DNA of 64,000 bases from Oligoflexales bacterium (GCA_041736175.1 JBGSUI010000246.1:44990-108989), one strand, 5' to 3'. Shown: positions 39,056 to 49,399, counted from the first letter of the stretch. Program-made: numbers and translations. The notes: generated from the letters alone by a model not told the origin.

Positions 39056-41248
39056 GTGAAAAAAATGATACCAAACAAACTGATTCTAGGTTTCATGGTG
39101 TTGCTTAAATTAATATCTTCATGTTCAACTGATGCGACTTTTTCAGGGAAAAGTCCACAAGAAAAATCGTTGCGACAAGATATTGCAGTCCAAGACGCCG
39201 TCGCTGAGTTTTCCGACAAAACTCCCGACTCCGTCGGCTCCATTGGCTCCATTGACACTAAGGAACCCGAAAAGGACTCATCGAAACCTCTCCAAGAACT
39301 CGGTGCGGTACGACTAAGTCGGAAATACCCCCTTACCCAAACCACTGAAAAACAGGTTCAGGTTGTCTTGGGGCAGCAGGTGGCCAGTGAAATCATCGAT
39401 CTTAAGTCGGAATTTTACGATGAAAGCCGGCTTTTAACCCAAGACCTGCGCCCGCTTCTTACCCAATTCTTTAAGCAGGGAAGTAGCGGTGAAAAATCTG
39501 TGGAATTTTTCAATCAAAAAACCCTAGGGATTTTGGATTTGCTGATCGTGGTCGACAATTCCGGATCCATGGATAAAGAGCAGGATAACCTTGCAAAACG
39601 CCTCAGTGCTTTGCTTCAGCATATCGACGAGAGCGATTGGCGGATCAATGTAGTGACGACTGACCCAAAAGATGGGTGTTCTCGGGCGCTGCTTAAAAAG
39701 GGTGATCCGGATTTGATGAAATCATTTGAAGCAGCGGTCACGCCAGGAATCAAGGGATCGGGGCATGAGGAAGGCATCCGTATGTCTGTCGAAGGCTTAT
39801 CCTGTAAAGGAGTCGACTGGGTTCGTCCCAATTCTTCCCTAGCGATTTTGATGGTGAGCGACGAAGACAACTGCAGTTTAAAAGGCGAAGACTGCAAAGG
39901 CAGTGGATTTGATCAACCCATAGCTTTGACGGATCATCTAGAAAAAAAGCTGGGACGAGTTCTAGGAAAAACAGCTCGCTTTTATGGGATTTTTTGGGAA
40001 CCTGGGACCAAATGTAGCACTGGTGAAAAGGAAGCATTTCAATACAGCGAGCTTGTCAAACAAACCAAGGGACAATGGGGTTCCATCTGCGATCTGGACT
40101 ATACGGCGACTCTTAAGCGCATCAGTGCTGATGTGAGTGAGTTTTTGACTTCGGAAGTAGAGTTAAAAAATACTCCTGATACAGGTTCCTTAAAGGTATT
40201 TGTTAATAAAGTGGAGCTGACAGGTGGTTACCGAGTCGAAAACAAAAAACTTATTTTTGAAAAGGCCCCTCCCTACCAAGCAACGATCGAAGTGAGATAC
40301 AGTCATGGAGCCACGCCTGTCCTTAAGCGATTCCCCATTGCTGAGCCACCAGCTCTCGAAACCATGCAGGTGGTGATCAAAGGCAAAGTTGTCGATCCCG
40401 CGGCCTACTCCTTTGACGAGATCGACCAGTCCCTTGTTTTTATAGAATTTCCAGAAGATAACGTTGAGATTAAATTTCAAGCGCGCAAAAGACTCCCCCT
40501 TAAGAAAGACTTTGAAATAGGGGGCATGCCCGATAACTATACCGCTAAGGTCACCTTAGACGGGAGACTGACCACCAAGTTTAAGATCGAGCTTGTGGAC
40601 GGAGTCTGGCTACTCCGGTTTGAAGATGCTCCAAAAGACGGCCAAAAAATCGTGCTCGCCTTGACCGTCAATAAAGGCCCCATCCTCGAGTACCCCCTCT
40701 CGTTGGCAACCGTGCCGGGTTTTGATTTAGATGCTGTGGTTGACGCGGTGACGGGCCAAGGAGTTAAGTTTGAAGTGTCAGGGTATAGATTGAAATTGGA
40801 CCCTGACACCTTTATATCCCATAAAAAACTAAAAATAGTTTATTTGACTCTTCTCTCTAAAGAAGGTGAATTTATACTCCCTGACGGGATCCAACAGGAC
40901 CAAGTCAAGATCCTCGGCGATGAGGCTACGAAAGCGTGTCAGATCACCGGATCACCAGACCAGGATCGTTTGTTTTACTTGGATTGCACCTTGCCTGCTG
41001 GTTTTGTGGTCAATCTGGGTTGGTCCGAAGAGCGACTCGTCGATGGGATTTTCGAGCTGGATATCCGCAGCAACGAGACTGGCGGGCTTTCGATCGAGGA
41101 TTTTTTAAAGACCGGCACATGGTCCCTTAAAATCGACGGACTGCCGATAGCAGACTACAGCCGCGAAGGGCAGACGATCCGCCTTCCTTCTGTCCCGGCG
41201 GGGGCAAAGAGCTTAGAGATCCAAATCGAAGTTCCCGGAACTACCTAG
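39056..41248 (+). CDS. vWA-domain lipoprotein with beta-rich repeats
   Basis: Lipobox ISSC, MIDAS motif LIVVDNSGSM, VSDEDNCS and GSICDLDY. Confidence 0.8.
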   Translation: MKKMIPNKLILGFMVLLKLISSCSTDATFSGKSPQEKSLRQDIAVQDAVAEFSDKTPDSVGSIGSIDTKEPEKDSSKPLQELGAVRLSRKYPLTQTTEKQVQVVLGQQVASEIIDLKSEFYDESRLLTQDLRPLLTQFFKQGSSGEKSVEFFNQKTLGILDLLIVVDNSGSMDKEQDNLAKRLSALLQHIDESDWRINVVTTDPKDGCSRALLKKGDPDLMKSFEAAVTPGIKGSGHEEGIRMSVEGLSCKGVDWVRPNSSLAILMVSDEDNCSLKGEDCKGSGFDQPIALTDHLEKKLGRVLGKTARFYGIFWEPGTKCSTGEKEAFQYSELVKQTKGQWGSICDLDYTATLKRISADVSEFLTSEVELKNTPDTGSLKVFVNKVELTGGYRVENKKLIFEKAPPYQATIEVRYSHGATPVLKRFPIAEPPALETMQVVIKGKVVDPAAYSFDEIDQSLVFIEFPEDNVEIKFQARKRLPLKKDFEIGGMPDNYTAKVTLDGRLTTKFKIELVDGVWLLRFEDAPKDGQKIVLALTVNKGPILEYPLSLATVPGFDLDAVVDAVTGQGVKFEVSGYRLKLDPDTFISHKKLKIVYLTLLSKEGEFILPDGIQQDQVKILGDEATKACQITGSPDQDRLFYLDCTLPAGFVVNLGWSEERLVDGIFELDIRSNETGGLSIEDFLKTGTWSLKIDGLPIADYSREGQTIRLPSVPAGAKSLEIQIEVPGTT

Positions 41249-41259
41249 AGCAGCTGGCT

Positions 41260-41742
41260 TTAACCGGCTTTTTGGAGAGATCGGATAAAATTTTCTGGAT
41301 GCTCCCCGATTCGCATGATTCCCCCGCAGTGCCCACAGGTATGGGTGAGTTTTAAGAGATTCTCAAGGTCGACCTCTTTGGAGAGCTTTATAAGTTTAGA
41401 GGTATCCTCCTGGCATTCTTCACAAAAATACTGAGCCAAGATCGATGTGATCTTGGCTTTGTGGGTAAACCCGTGGATGCAGTTTATCTGGATGACAAAA
41501 TCCACGGCGCATTCTTCTAGGGTGATGTCACGATTTTCTAGTTGGTTGATAAACCTTACCCAGGCGATCGCTCCGATGGAGTTGATATGGGTGACCCCTG
41601 CTAGGTTGATGGTGCAGCGGTTTTCTATCTTAGGGATCAGTTCCATAAGCTTTGCGCCAGAGCGCTCATTCAAAGGCCCTCTAATATGTAGAGTCTGAAT
41701 ATTATTGGGTTTACTGAAGCTCGTATCGAAAGCAATCGCCAT
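41260..41742 (-). CDS. STAS-like (anti-anti-sigma fold) protein with a C-terminal zinc ribbon
   Basis: INLAGVTHINSIGA, CEEC and CGHC motifs. GGAGG RBS. Confidence 0.75.
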   Translation of the reverse strand: MAIAFDTSFSKPNNIQTLHIRGPLNERSGAKLMELIPKIENRCTINLAGVTHINSIGAIAWVRFINQLENRDITLEECAVDFVIQINCIHGFTHKAKITSILAQYFCEECQEDTSKLIKLSKEVDLENLLKLTHTCGHCGGIMRIGEHPENFIRSLQKAG

Positions 41743-41786
41743 TTTATCACCTCCATCTCTCTAGTAGAACATGCTTTTTCGTCTAT

Positions 41787-41812
41787 GGGAACCCAAAGGG
41801 GGAACCCAAAGG
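41787..41812 (+). repeat. 13-bp perfect tandem duplication in a divergent intergenic region
   Basis: gggaacccaaagg occurs twice in tandem. Confidence 0.8.
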
Positions 41813-41917
41813 CTCCTTGGATTGCCAGCCTCTGGAGACCTTTTAACACGTAGACTTTGCGGTTTAATTATGGCATATCTCGGGGTCTGTTTCTGATCCA
41901 ATTTTTGTTTGGTCTAA

Positions 41918-43066
41918 GTGAGAAAAACCATGGATGCCGATCTAAGTCCTCTCCCTAATCCTCCCCAGCCTAAACCCCATGCCTTGGCTCTTAAAGCCGA
42001 TGACTTTCGAAGCCTGATGGCTTCCCAGGGATACCCGACCTACCGGGCAGACCAGGTGGTCCAATGGGTTTTCGAAAAAAGGGTGTGGGACCCGGATCAG
42101 ATGTCAAATCTTTCTAGGGTGATCAGAGAGGGCTTAAAGGATTTTTGTTCCTGGGACCTTCCTAAAATCACCGACCAGCTGGAAAGCCAAGACGGCTCCA
42201 CCAAACTTCTTTTAGATTCCCAAAAGGGACTGATCGAAACCGTGATTTTACGTTACGAGGGAAGGACTAGTCTCTGCGTCTCGAGTCAAGTGGGATGCAA
42301 GCTCGCCTGTCGTTTTTGCCAAACGGGTAAGCTAGGGTTTATTCGTCATTTGACCTGTGCAGAAATCCTTGCCCAGTATGCTATTGCCGACCAAATCGTC
42401 CGTCAGGAAAATCGTAGGATCTCCCATGTGGTGTTTATGGGTATGGGTGAGCCCCTGGATAACTATGACCATGTGGTCCGTGCTGTTAACTTTCTCTCAA
42501 ATCCGGTCACGGAGAGTGGTTATGGACTCAGCCGCCGTAACGTTACGGTGTCGACCTCGGGGATCGTGCCCAAGATCCGCACCCTATCCCAAGATGCCCG
42601 CTGTGCCCTTGCGGTATCCCTCCATGCAGCCCAAGACGAGCTTCGAAGCGATTTGATGCCTATCAACCGAAAATGGAATCTTTCGGAACTTAAAGCAGCT
42701 CTCTCCGACTACCAGGCCGCCACCAACCAAACAATCACCCTAGAATATATCATGATTAAAGATAAAAATGCCGAGATCCAGCACGCCAAAGATCTGGTGA
42801 AGTGGATTCATGGGCTCAAAGTCAAAGTCAATTTGATTCCATTTAATAGTCATCCTGGCCTGCCCTTTGAACGGCCCGATGATACTACCATCAGAGAGTT
42901 CCAAAAATACCTCTCTGATCGTTCTATTCCAGCACCAGTCCGCTATAGCAAGGGCCTTGATGTGTCGGCAGCCTGTGGCCAACTCGCAGCTAAAGTCTTT
43001 GACACCCTCCATGGGGCACCTAAACGATCGAGTGTTTTAACTGTCCCAGTACAGGCTAGCATCTGA
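41918..43066 (+). CDS. rlmN: 23S rRNA/tRNA m2A methyltransferase RlmN
   Basis: CVSSQVGCKLACRFCQTG, VFMGMGEPL and SAACGQL motifs. Confidence 0.95.
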   Translation: MRKTMDADLSPLPNPPQPKPHALALKADDFRSLMASQGYPTYRADQVVQWVFEKRVWDPDQMSNLSRVIREGLKDFCSWDLPKITDQLESQDGSTKLLLDSQKGLIETVILRYEGRTSLCVSSQVGCKLACRFCQTGKLGFIRHLTCAEILAQYAIADQIVRQENRRISHVVFMGMGEPLDNYDHVVRAVNFLSNPVTESGYGLSRRNVTVSTSGIVPKIRTLSQDARCALAVSLHAAQDELRSDLMPINRKWNLSELKAALSDYQAATNQTITLEYIMIKDKNAEIQHAKDLVKWIHGLKVKVNLIPFNSHPGLPFERPDDTTIREFQKYLSDRSIPAPVRYSKGLDVSAACGQLAAKVFDTLHGAPKRSSVLTVPVQASI

Positions 43067-43086
43067 AGACGAGATTTTAGGGGGGC

Positions 43087-43150
43087 TGAGATTTTTCCAC
43101 CCAACTGGAAAAATCTCATGATAAAATTCCAGTTGGGTGGAAAAATCTCA
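43087..43150. repeat. 24-bp perfect inverted repeat with a nested shorter copy, between convergent genes
   Basis: tgagatttttccacccaactggaa (43087-43110) pairs with ttccagttgggtggaaaaatctca (43127-43150). An internal tggaaaaatctca (43106-43118) can also pair with the 5' arm. Confidence 0.9.
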
Positions 43151-43230
43151 TTATGTGGGTGATGTATGAGATTTTATTGGGTTAATGGGAACACCGAGAT
43201 GTTGGGAGCGTTTCACCACTTTTTTGCAGC

Positions 43231-43590
43231 TTAGCCTTCATCTTCCTCATCGTCATCGTCTTCCATGTCTTCCCCAAGACCCTGATCGGGATCGTACTGG
43301 AGCTGAAAGGCCAGGTCGACCTCCACATCCGCCCCAAGGAGACGGGCCTGGCAAGCAAGCCGGACCGAGCCATCGAGGGGGAGTGCCATCCGCTTGAGCA
43401 GCGCAAGCTCTTCGGCCCGTGGAGACGACAGGGAGCCGCCCTCTAGGACTTTGATGGCACAGGTGCCACAGCGGCAGGATGCACACCCAAAGCGAATCTC
43501 CACGGAAGCCTTGCGGGCCGCTACCAGGATTTTTGTACCCTCGTCGGCGGTGACGACCACTCCTGAGGGGCGAAAGGTCAAGCGGGCCAA
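43231..43590 (-). CDS. 2Fe-2S ferredoxin
   Basis: FGCASCRCGTC...RLACQ motif and an acidic tail. Confidence 0.9.
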   Translation of the reverse strand: MARLTFRPSGVVVTADEGTKILVAARKASVEIRFGCASCRCGTCAIKVLEGGSLSSPRAEELALLKRMALPLDGSVRLACQARLLGADVEVDLAFQLQYDPDQGLGEDMEDDDDEEDEG

Positions 43591-43609
43591 AGGTGGAGCC
43601 TCCCTGTTT

Positions 43610-44836
43610 TTAGCTTGCGATGTAATCTTCGAGGATCTTGAGGGCTACGGAGGTTTCTTCGACCTCAGGCACCAAAGCAAACCGGGCCCACCCCTTGACG
43701 GACTCTGAAAGCCACGACGAGGGGCTGCTTATGATTCCCAGATCGGCGATATTAAGACAAAACCTCACGTCTCCCGAGCCAAAGATTTTTGGGATTTTAA
43801 CCCAAAGGTAGAAGGCGGCTTGGGGAGCTTGGTCAAGAAGCCCCAGCTTTTGAAAGACCGGAGCCGCAGCGGCGATCCTCTGGGTAAATATCTCCCGACG
43901 GGCATGGACGTGCTCGTCGTCGTTCCAGGCCACAGTGGCGGCCCGCTGGATAAAAGTCGGCTGTCCCACGCCGAAATTAGCCCGCGCTTTCAGGAGACCT
44001 TTCACGAGATCGTGGTCGCCAGCGATAAACCCTGCTCGGTAACCCGTCATGCCTGATCGTTTAGAAAGACTCATAAAGGTAAGGACACGGTCTGATGATA
44101 GCTGGAGCGGGGTCATGGGCCGCTCGTCGGTGCGCCAATCGTCCACGGGCTTTTTGTCGAGTTTGGAATCGTAGATATCCACATAGCAGTCGTCTGAGAG
44201 GAGGATGGTATCGGTCTTATGGCACCACTCCACCATCTGCTCCCAGTATTCCCGCGGCGCGGTGGCTCCCGTGGGGTTGTGGGGATAGTTGACCCAAATG
44301 GCAGCAGCATCCCGTTGGATATAGGGCGGCAGAGTCCACGGCTCCAACAGAAACTGGTTTTCTGCTTCGAGTTTAACAGGAAAAGGAATCCCTCCAGCAT
44401 ATCTTGTCGAGGATCGGTAGATGGGATAACCGGGATCGGGATAGATGACATGTTTTTTACCGTTGGCGCGGCCTATCAAACACAGGGCCACATGAAAGAT
44501 CGCTTCTTTGCTGCCAGACGTCGGGATGATGTCGTAAGCATCGGGTTGGATCCCAAATCTGCGTTCGAGATATCCCTGCTGGGCGAGGCGCAAGGGTTCG
44601 CATCCCTTGACGCTGGGATACTGGCTGATCTCGGGAAGGTTTTGCAGCAGCGCCTCGCGGATTGGGGGCCAGGTCGGAATCCTTGGGTCGCCGGTCCCGA
44701 AGTCGTAGACGGGCTGTCCCCTGGCGGTCAGCTCGTTTTTAATCCGAGATAGCTCCTCCATGGGGTATTCTTCAAGCTCAAGGGTGAGCTTATTGAGTTT
44801 ATTGGGGATCTTTTGTGGGGGCTTGGGAGTTGCCAT
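43610..44836 (-). CDS. PLP-dependent class I/II aminotransferase (DapC-like)
   Basis: GTGDP, GSKEAIF, NYPHNPTG, SDDCY and SLSKRSGMTGYRAG motifs. Confidence 0.9.
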   Translation of the reverse strand: MATPKPPQKIPNKLNKLTLELEEYPMEELSRIKNELTARGQPVYDFGTGDPRIPTWPPIREALLQNLPEISQYPSVKGCEPLRLAQQGYLERRFGIQPDAYDIIPTSGSKEAIFHVALCLIGRANGKKHVIYPDPGYPIYRSSTRYAGGIPFPVKLEAENQFLLEPWTLPPYIQRDAAAIWVNYPHNPTGATAPREYWEQMVEWCHKTDTILLSDDCYVDIYDSKLDKKPVDDWRTDERPMTPLQLSSDRVLTFMSLSKRSGMTGYRAGFIAGDHDLVKGLLKARANFGVGQPTFIQRAATVAWNDDEHVHARREIFTQRIAAAAPVFQKLGLLDQAPQAAFYLWVKIPKIFGSGDVRFCLNIADLGIISSPSSWLSESVKGWARFALVPEVEETSVALKILEDYIAS

Positions 44837-45713
44837 AGTCTTTGGTTCCTAGCAAGTTACGGGTTTCCCAAATTTCAGGAAACAGGCGCTTATTGAGGGT
44901 TTGATTCAGATATCGGACTCCACTAGATCCGCCCGTACCCTTGCGACTTCCAATCATGCGCTCGACCATCACCACGTGCCGTTGGCGCCAAAGAAGGATG
45001 CCCTCGTCAAGGTCAATCAGTGCCTCAAGAGCGGTATATAAATCATAATGGCGATCGGGGTCCTGGTAAATGGCTAAGACGGTTTGGGCGACGGATGGCT
45101 GTGACTCATAAGCCACAGTGACGTCGCGATTTAGGACTCGGGGATCGATCGGAAACGAGCGCCTAGCCAGCAGATGGATAAAGGCATCGTAGAGGGTGGG
45201 GGCCGCTAAAGCATCTGCGAGCTTTTGGGTTGCAAAGGCGTCGTGGTGGTGAAATTTAAGATAAGCGGGCTCTTTGGCCCCGAGCCTAAACTCCAGCTCG
45301 CGAAACTGCCAGGACTGAAACCCACTGGCTGGATTGAGGAGGTCGCGAAAGCGATTGAAATCCACAGGAGTCATAGTCTCTAGGACATCGACCTGATGGG
45401 TGAGCACGGACTGGATCGTCAAGATCCGCCTTAGGGTTCTCTGAAAGGACATCAACTTGCCACCCTTAAGGCAGGCCTCGGCAAGGTTGACTTCATGGAG
45501 GATCTGCTTAAACCAAAGTTCGTAAACTTGGTGGATTTGGATAAACAGCAGTTCGTCATGCTCGGGGGGCTTAGACAGGCATTGTTGGAGGTCGAGGAGC
45601 TCTCGCACTTTAAGGTAAGACCCGTAACTAACCCCATTTTGTTTAGGGATTTTGAGTTGGTCAAGACTCTGCCGGATGTCGTCGGCGCGGTTGTTGGATG
45701 AGATTTGGTCCAT
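44799..45713 (-). CDS. kynA: Tryptophan 2,3-dioxygenase
   Basis: HDELLFIQIHQVYELWFKQ, PASGFQSWQFRELE and ERMIGSRKGTGGSSGVRYL motifs. Confidence 0.95.
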   Translation of the reverse strand: MDQISSNNRADDIRQSLDQLKIPKQNGVSYGSYLKVRELLDLQQCLSKPPEHDELLFIQIHQVYELWFKQILHEVNLAEACLKGGKLMSFQRTLRRILTIQSVLTHQVDVLETMTPVDFNRFRDLLNPASGFQSWQFRELEFRLGAKEPAYLKFHHHDAFATQKLADALAAPTLYDAFIHLLARRSFPIDPRVLNRDVTVAYESQPSVAQTVLAIYQDPDRHYDLYTALEALIDLDEGILLWRQRHVVMVERMIGSRKGTGGSSGVRYLNQTLNKRLFPEIWETRNLLGTKDYGNSQAPTKDPQ

Positions 45714-46114
45714 GGGTCTCGGCTCCCGTTTTAGGCGTTGGGGGTAGAGGGTAGGGTGAATAACAACTCCTCGATTGTGCCGAGACCCTAGCATCAAAGC
45801 CTGTAAAACCCAAGAGGCATTCGGTTTTTAGGGGTTTTTGAGAGTTAGCTCTATGTTTTTTCTTAGCAATTTTAGTGACTTATATTTAGCCAGGTGGCAG
45901 TCGGTCATCTTTGAATTGCCTTGGCATAACGGACCAAAATTACAAACAAATAGGAATCTAGTTAAGTTTTTGCAAATAGAGCCGATGGCCTTTGTAAGAA
46001 CAAGATTTGAGATTTGTATAAACGATTGTTCGCAGGTGATCGGTAGGGAATCAAAAAATCAAATGGAGATGCAAACCGATCTCTAAGCCAAAATCCTAAG
46101 GAGGGAGTTACTTT

Positions 46115-48916
46115 ATGAGACACCAACATCTCACAAGAAAACAAAGAGTCTCAATCAGACCTAGGTCTCGACTCGTCGTAGGACTGCTGACAGGGCTCAC
46201 CTTTGGGCTTATGGCAACTCCGCTTCTAGCGGCTCCCTACCAGTTTAGCTATAGCGGTCGTCTTGCTAACAACTTCGGTGACGCCATTAAAGGTCCCGTA
46301 GACCTTGAAATTCGGTTTTACCGGAATGCCTCCGGAGGGACAGCTATCCCCGTCAGTCCTATCACCAAACGGGGGGTAGGTCTTGTGGAAGGAGTCTTCC
46401 AAGTGGATCTTAACGAACTCACCGCCGCCGAGACCCACCTGGTTTTTGCGCCAAAACTCGACACCTGGGTCGAGGTTACGGATAGCACCAATAAGACCAC
46501 CTACCCGCGCCAACGCCTCACCGCGGTCCCCTATGCCTTTAAGGTCCCCGTGGACGAGAGTGCGGTCACCTATGACGCCGAAGGTCGTCTCACCGTTAAC
46601 ACCATAGCCATGAGTCAAGTCTCTGGCCTCGAAGCGGCCCTCACCCAAAAAACTGACTCCTCAAGACCTGTTTATGCCTCAGGCCTCCAAGGTAAGGACG
46701 TCAATCCCGCAACCCCCGCAGCCGGCCAAACCCTGGTCTATGACGGCACCCGCTGGACTCCCCAAACCATTGCAGCCGGAGCTGCAGGCACGGTTACAAG
46801 TGTGACTGCCACCGCTCCGTTGACCGTCACCGCTGGGACATCAACACCGGCCTTGTCCATGGCCCAGGCGACCAGCGTTTCGGACGGTTATTTAACGATG
46901 ACCGACTGGCTGACCTTTAACGGCAAACAAAACTCCCTTGGATTTAGCCCCCTCAATAAAGCAGGGGACACCATGACGGGAGCCCTCAATATGGGAGGTC
47001 ATGGCTTGAATAACTTGGGTGCTCCTAGCAGCGCTAGCGATGCCGCGACCAAATCCTATGTGGATACTGCCGATGGAAGTTTTCTCAAGAAAGACGGCAG
47101 CACCAGTCTCACGGGATCTTGGACTGTAGGTCAAGATCTTATAGGGCTTGGTAATGTGGGAATTGCCCCCCAAAAAACCCTTCATCTGGGAACCTATACC
47201 AGCTCCCAGGAGTCGGCGTTGACGGGGGCACTCTCTGGAACCGTTGGTGGCAAGACGTGGTTTAACTCCGACGACAACCAAATCAAATACTGGAATGGTA
47301 CTGCCGTACAGACCCTAGGAACTGCTGGGGCGGGGCTCAGCAACCTTAACGGCGAGACCGGGAGTACGCAGTCTTTTGCTATACCGGCCACCTCGGGTAA
47401 TGCGCCTAACTGGTCTTCTACTTCGAATGTTCACACTTTGAATATCCCTATGGCTTCTGCGGGAGGTGTGACCGCGGGGTTACTTTCAAATTCTAACTAT
47501 GTAGCTTTTTCCGATAAAGTAAGTTCTGTGATTGCAGGTACGGGGATTTCGGTTACTACGGGGACAACCACTCCTACGGTCAGTTTGAGTGGTGTTGGCA
47601 CTGCGGGAACCTACACAAAAGTCACGACCAATGCCCAAGGTCAAGTGACGAATGGTATAACAAGTTTGGTGGCCTCAGATATCCCAGACCTTCCTGCGAG
47701 CAAGATCACAACCGGTCAAATCCCTGTTGCTCTAGGTGGTACGGGGCTTAGTTCAGGAACGGCTGGGGGGATTCCGTATTTTGTAACTGCGGGGTCCATG
47801 ACATCGACCGGTGCGGGATCTGTGGGTCAAGTTCTTTTATCCAATGGGGGCAGCGCACCTAGTTTTGGGACAGTCAACTTGGCCTCTGCCGTTACGGGCA
47901 CCTTGCCCCTAACAAGTGGCGGGACGGGTGCTACCTCAGCAGTCGCTGCGCGTACTAGTTTACAAGCAGCCCAAAGTGGAATAAACACCGATATTAATGC
48001 GTTGATGAGTGGAAATATTGGGATTGGCACAACCTCGACTATGGGAAAATTATCTGTTGTGGGCACTGGCACGCCTACGATATTTGTCGGGAGTTCTGTA
48101 GATAGCCAGATTAAAATGGCAACAGGTTCCTACTCTGGCTACCTGACTCTTGATACTTCTGGACATCTTACGGTTAAATCTCAATCGGGACAGGTTGCTA
48201 TTAACACAGGTGGCACAGATTCCTTCGTGGTTAAACCCTCCGGATTTGTGGGGATTGGGACGACGATGCCTTCCACATTGCTCCATTTGTCGTCAACAAA
48301 CGCTAATGAAACAAGTATCACTCTTTCAAACACCTCTTCGGGCGGTCACGATTGGCAGATTGGTAGTATGGGAATGTCTTCTGGACAAACAGGCAATCTA
48401 TCGTTTTACGACGCCTTAGCTGCGACGAGCCGTATGGTAATAAACCAAACCGGCAACGTCGGTATCGGTACAACAAACCCAACCTATAGACTTCACGTCG
48501 TCGGAGACGCGGGTAAAACCTCAGGAGGCACTGCGTGGACATCCATCTCCGACTTCCGCCTAAAAGACATTGAGAGCGATTATGAGTACGGACTTGAAGA
48601 AATTAAAAAACTCCATACGATCCGGTTTAAGTACAAAAAGGATAACCCTCTAAACCTTCCCTATGATGATACCCACACAGGGTTTATCGCCCAAGAAGTC
48701 CAAAAGGTGATCCCAGATGCTGTCATCACTCGGCCAGACGGATACCTCGAACTAAATGTTGATCCTATCCACTGGGCTACTGTCAATGCCGTCAAGCAAC
48801 TTTCAGAGCAGAACGAACAGCTTAAGGATCGCGCGGCTAAGGCAGAAGCCGAGACGGCACAGCTCAAAAAGGCTATCTGTGGGAAATTTCCTGACCTGGA
48901 TGTTTGTGCAAAATAG
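46115..48916 (+). CDS. Secreted tail-fibre-like trimeric adhesin with a C-terminal peptidase S74 intramolecular chaperone
   Basis: Signal peptide, FSYSGRL...PRQRLTAVPYA N-domain, Gly/Thr-rich fibre with GNVGIGTT repeats, SDFRLKDI cleavage motif, GFIAQEVQ and a C-terminal coiled coil. GGAG RBS. Confidence 0.9.
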   Translation: MRHQHLTRKQRVSIRPRSRLVVGLLTGLTFGLMATPLLAAPYQFSYSGRLANNFGDAIKGPVDLEIRFYRNASGGTAIPVSPITKRGVGLVEGVFQVDLNELTAAETHLVFAPKLDTWVEVTDSTNKTTYPRQRLTAVPYAFKVPVDESAVTYDAEGRLTVNTIAMSQVSGLEAALTQKTDSSRPVYASGLQGKDVNPATPAAGQTLVYDGTRWTPQTIAAGAAGTVTSVTATAPLTVTAGTSTPALSMAQATSVSDGYLTMTDWLTFNGKQNSLGFSPLNKAGDTMTGALNMGGHGLNNLGAPSSASDAATKSYVDTADGSFLKKDGSTSLTGSWTVGQDLIGLGNVGIAPQKTLHLGTYTSSQESALTGALSGTVGGKTWFNSDDNQIKYWNGTAVQTLGTAGAGLSNLNGETGSTQSFAIPATSGNAPNWSSTSNVHTLNIPMASAGGVTAGLLSNSNYVAFSDKVSSVIAGTGISVTTGTTTPTVSLSGVGTAGTYTKVTTNAQGQVTNGITSLVASDIPDLPASKITTGQIPVALGGTGLSSGTAGGIPYFVTAGSMTSTGAGSVGQVLLSNGGSAPSFGTVNLASAVTGTLPLTSGGTGATSAVAARTSLQAAQSGINTDINALMSGNIGIGTTSTMGKLSVVGTGTPTIFVGSSVDSQIKMATGSYSGYLTLDTSGHLTVKSQSGQVAINTGGTDSFVVKPSGFVGIGTTMPSTLLHLSSTNANETSITLSNTSSGGHDWQIGSMGMSSGQTGNLSFYDALAATSRMVINQTGNVGIGTTNPTYRLHVVGDAGKTSGGTAWTSISDFRLKDIESDYEYGLEEIKKLHTIRFKYKKDNPLNLPYDDTHTGFIAQEVQKVIPDAVITRPDGYLELNVDPIHWATVNAVKQLSEQNEQLKDRAAKAEAETAQLKKAICGKFPDLDVCAK

Positions 48917-49106
48917 CCATATTTTATGGAGGTCCTCCCTTACATCTAGGTGGGAGCCTCTTCTTTCCGGGCCTACCTCTTTGGCTGCGGTTCGTCCCGG
49001 GACCAAACCTCGCGGTGAACGGTCCTTGAAATTGCCGACCTGGATTTTTTCGCAATGGGCTACACCTTTGGAGTCACCGAATTTGGGGCAGCAGCTTCTG
49101 TGCGTC

Positions 49107-49124
49107 GTTCGCCCCGGGGCGAAC
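49107..49124. repeat. 18-bp perfect palindrome, member of a local CCCGG-centred palindrome family
   Basis: GTTCGCCCCGGGGCGAAC. Related copies at about 48989, 50096, 50126, 50227 and 50467. Confidence 0.85.
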
Positions 49125-49399
49125 TGGCTCTAAAAATATTCTTGGAATTTTTTCACAAAAAGCTTGACGGGTTTTGGGGCTTACAAAACAGCTCCTATAA
49201 GATCCTCTGCGGGAGATTCGCTGATTTTTCTGGTTCAGATCGACTATTGCCGCCCCATAAACAAATTAGCCGCTTCGCAGGACGTATTTAAAATGGACCG
49301 CAGAATCCGACCGAAATCAACTTTTACAACTCATGGTATAACTTTTTTCAACAAGGTCTCGACGCCCCCAAGCGTCCTTAATGAGCGAGAAAACCAACG

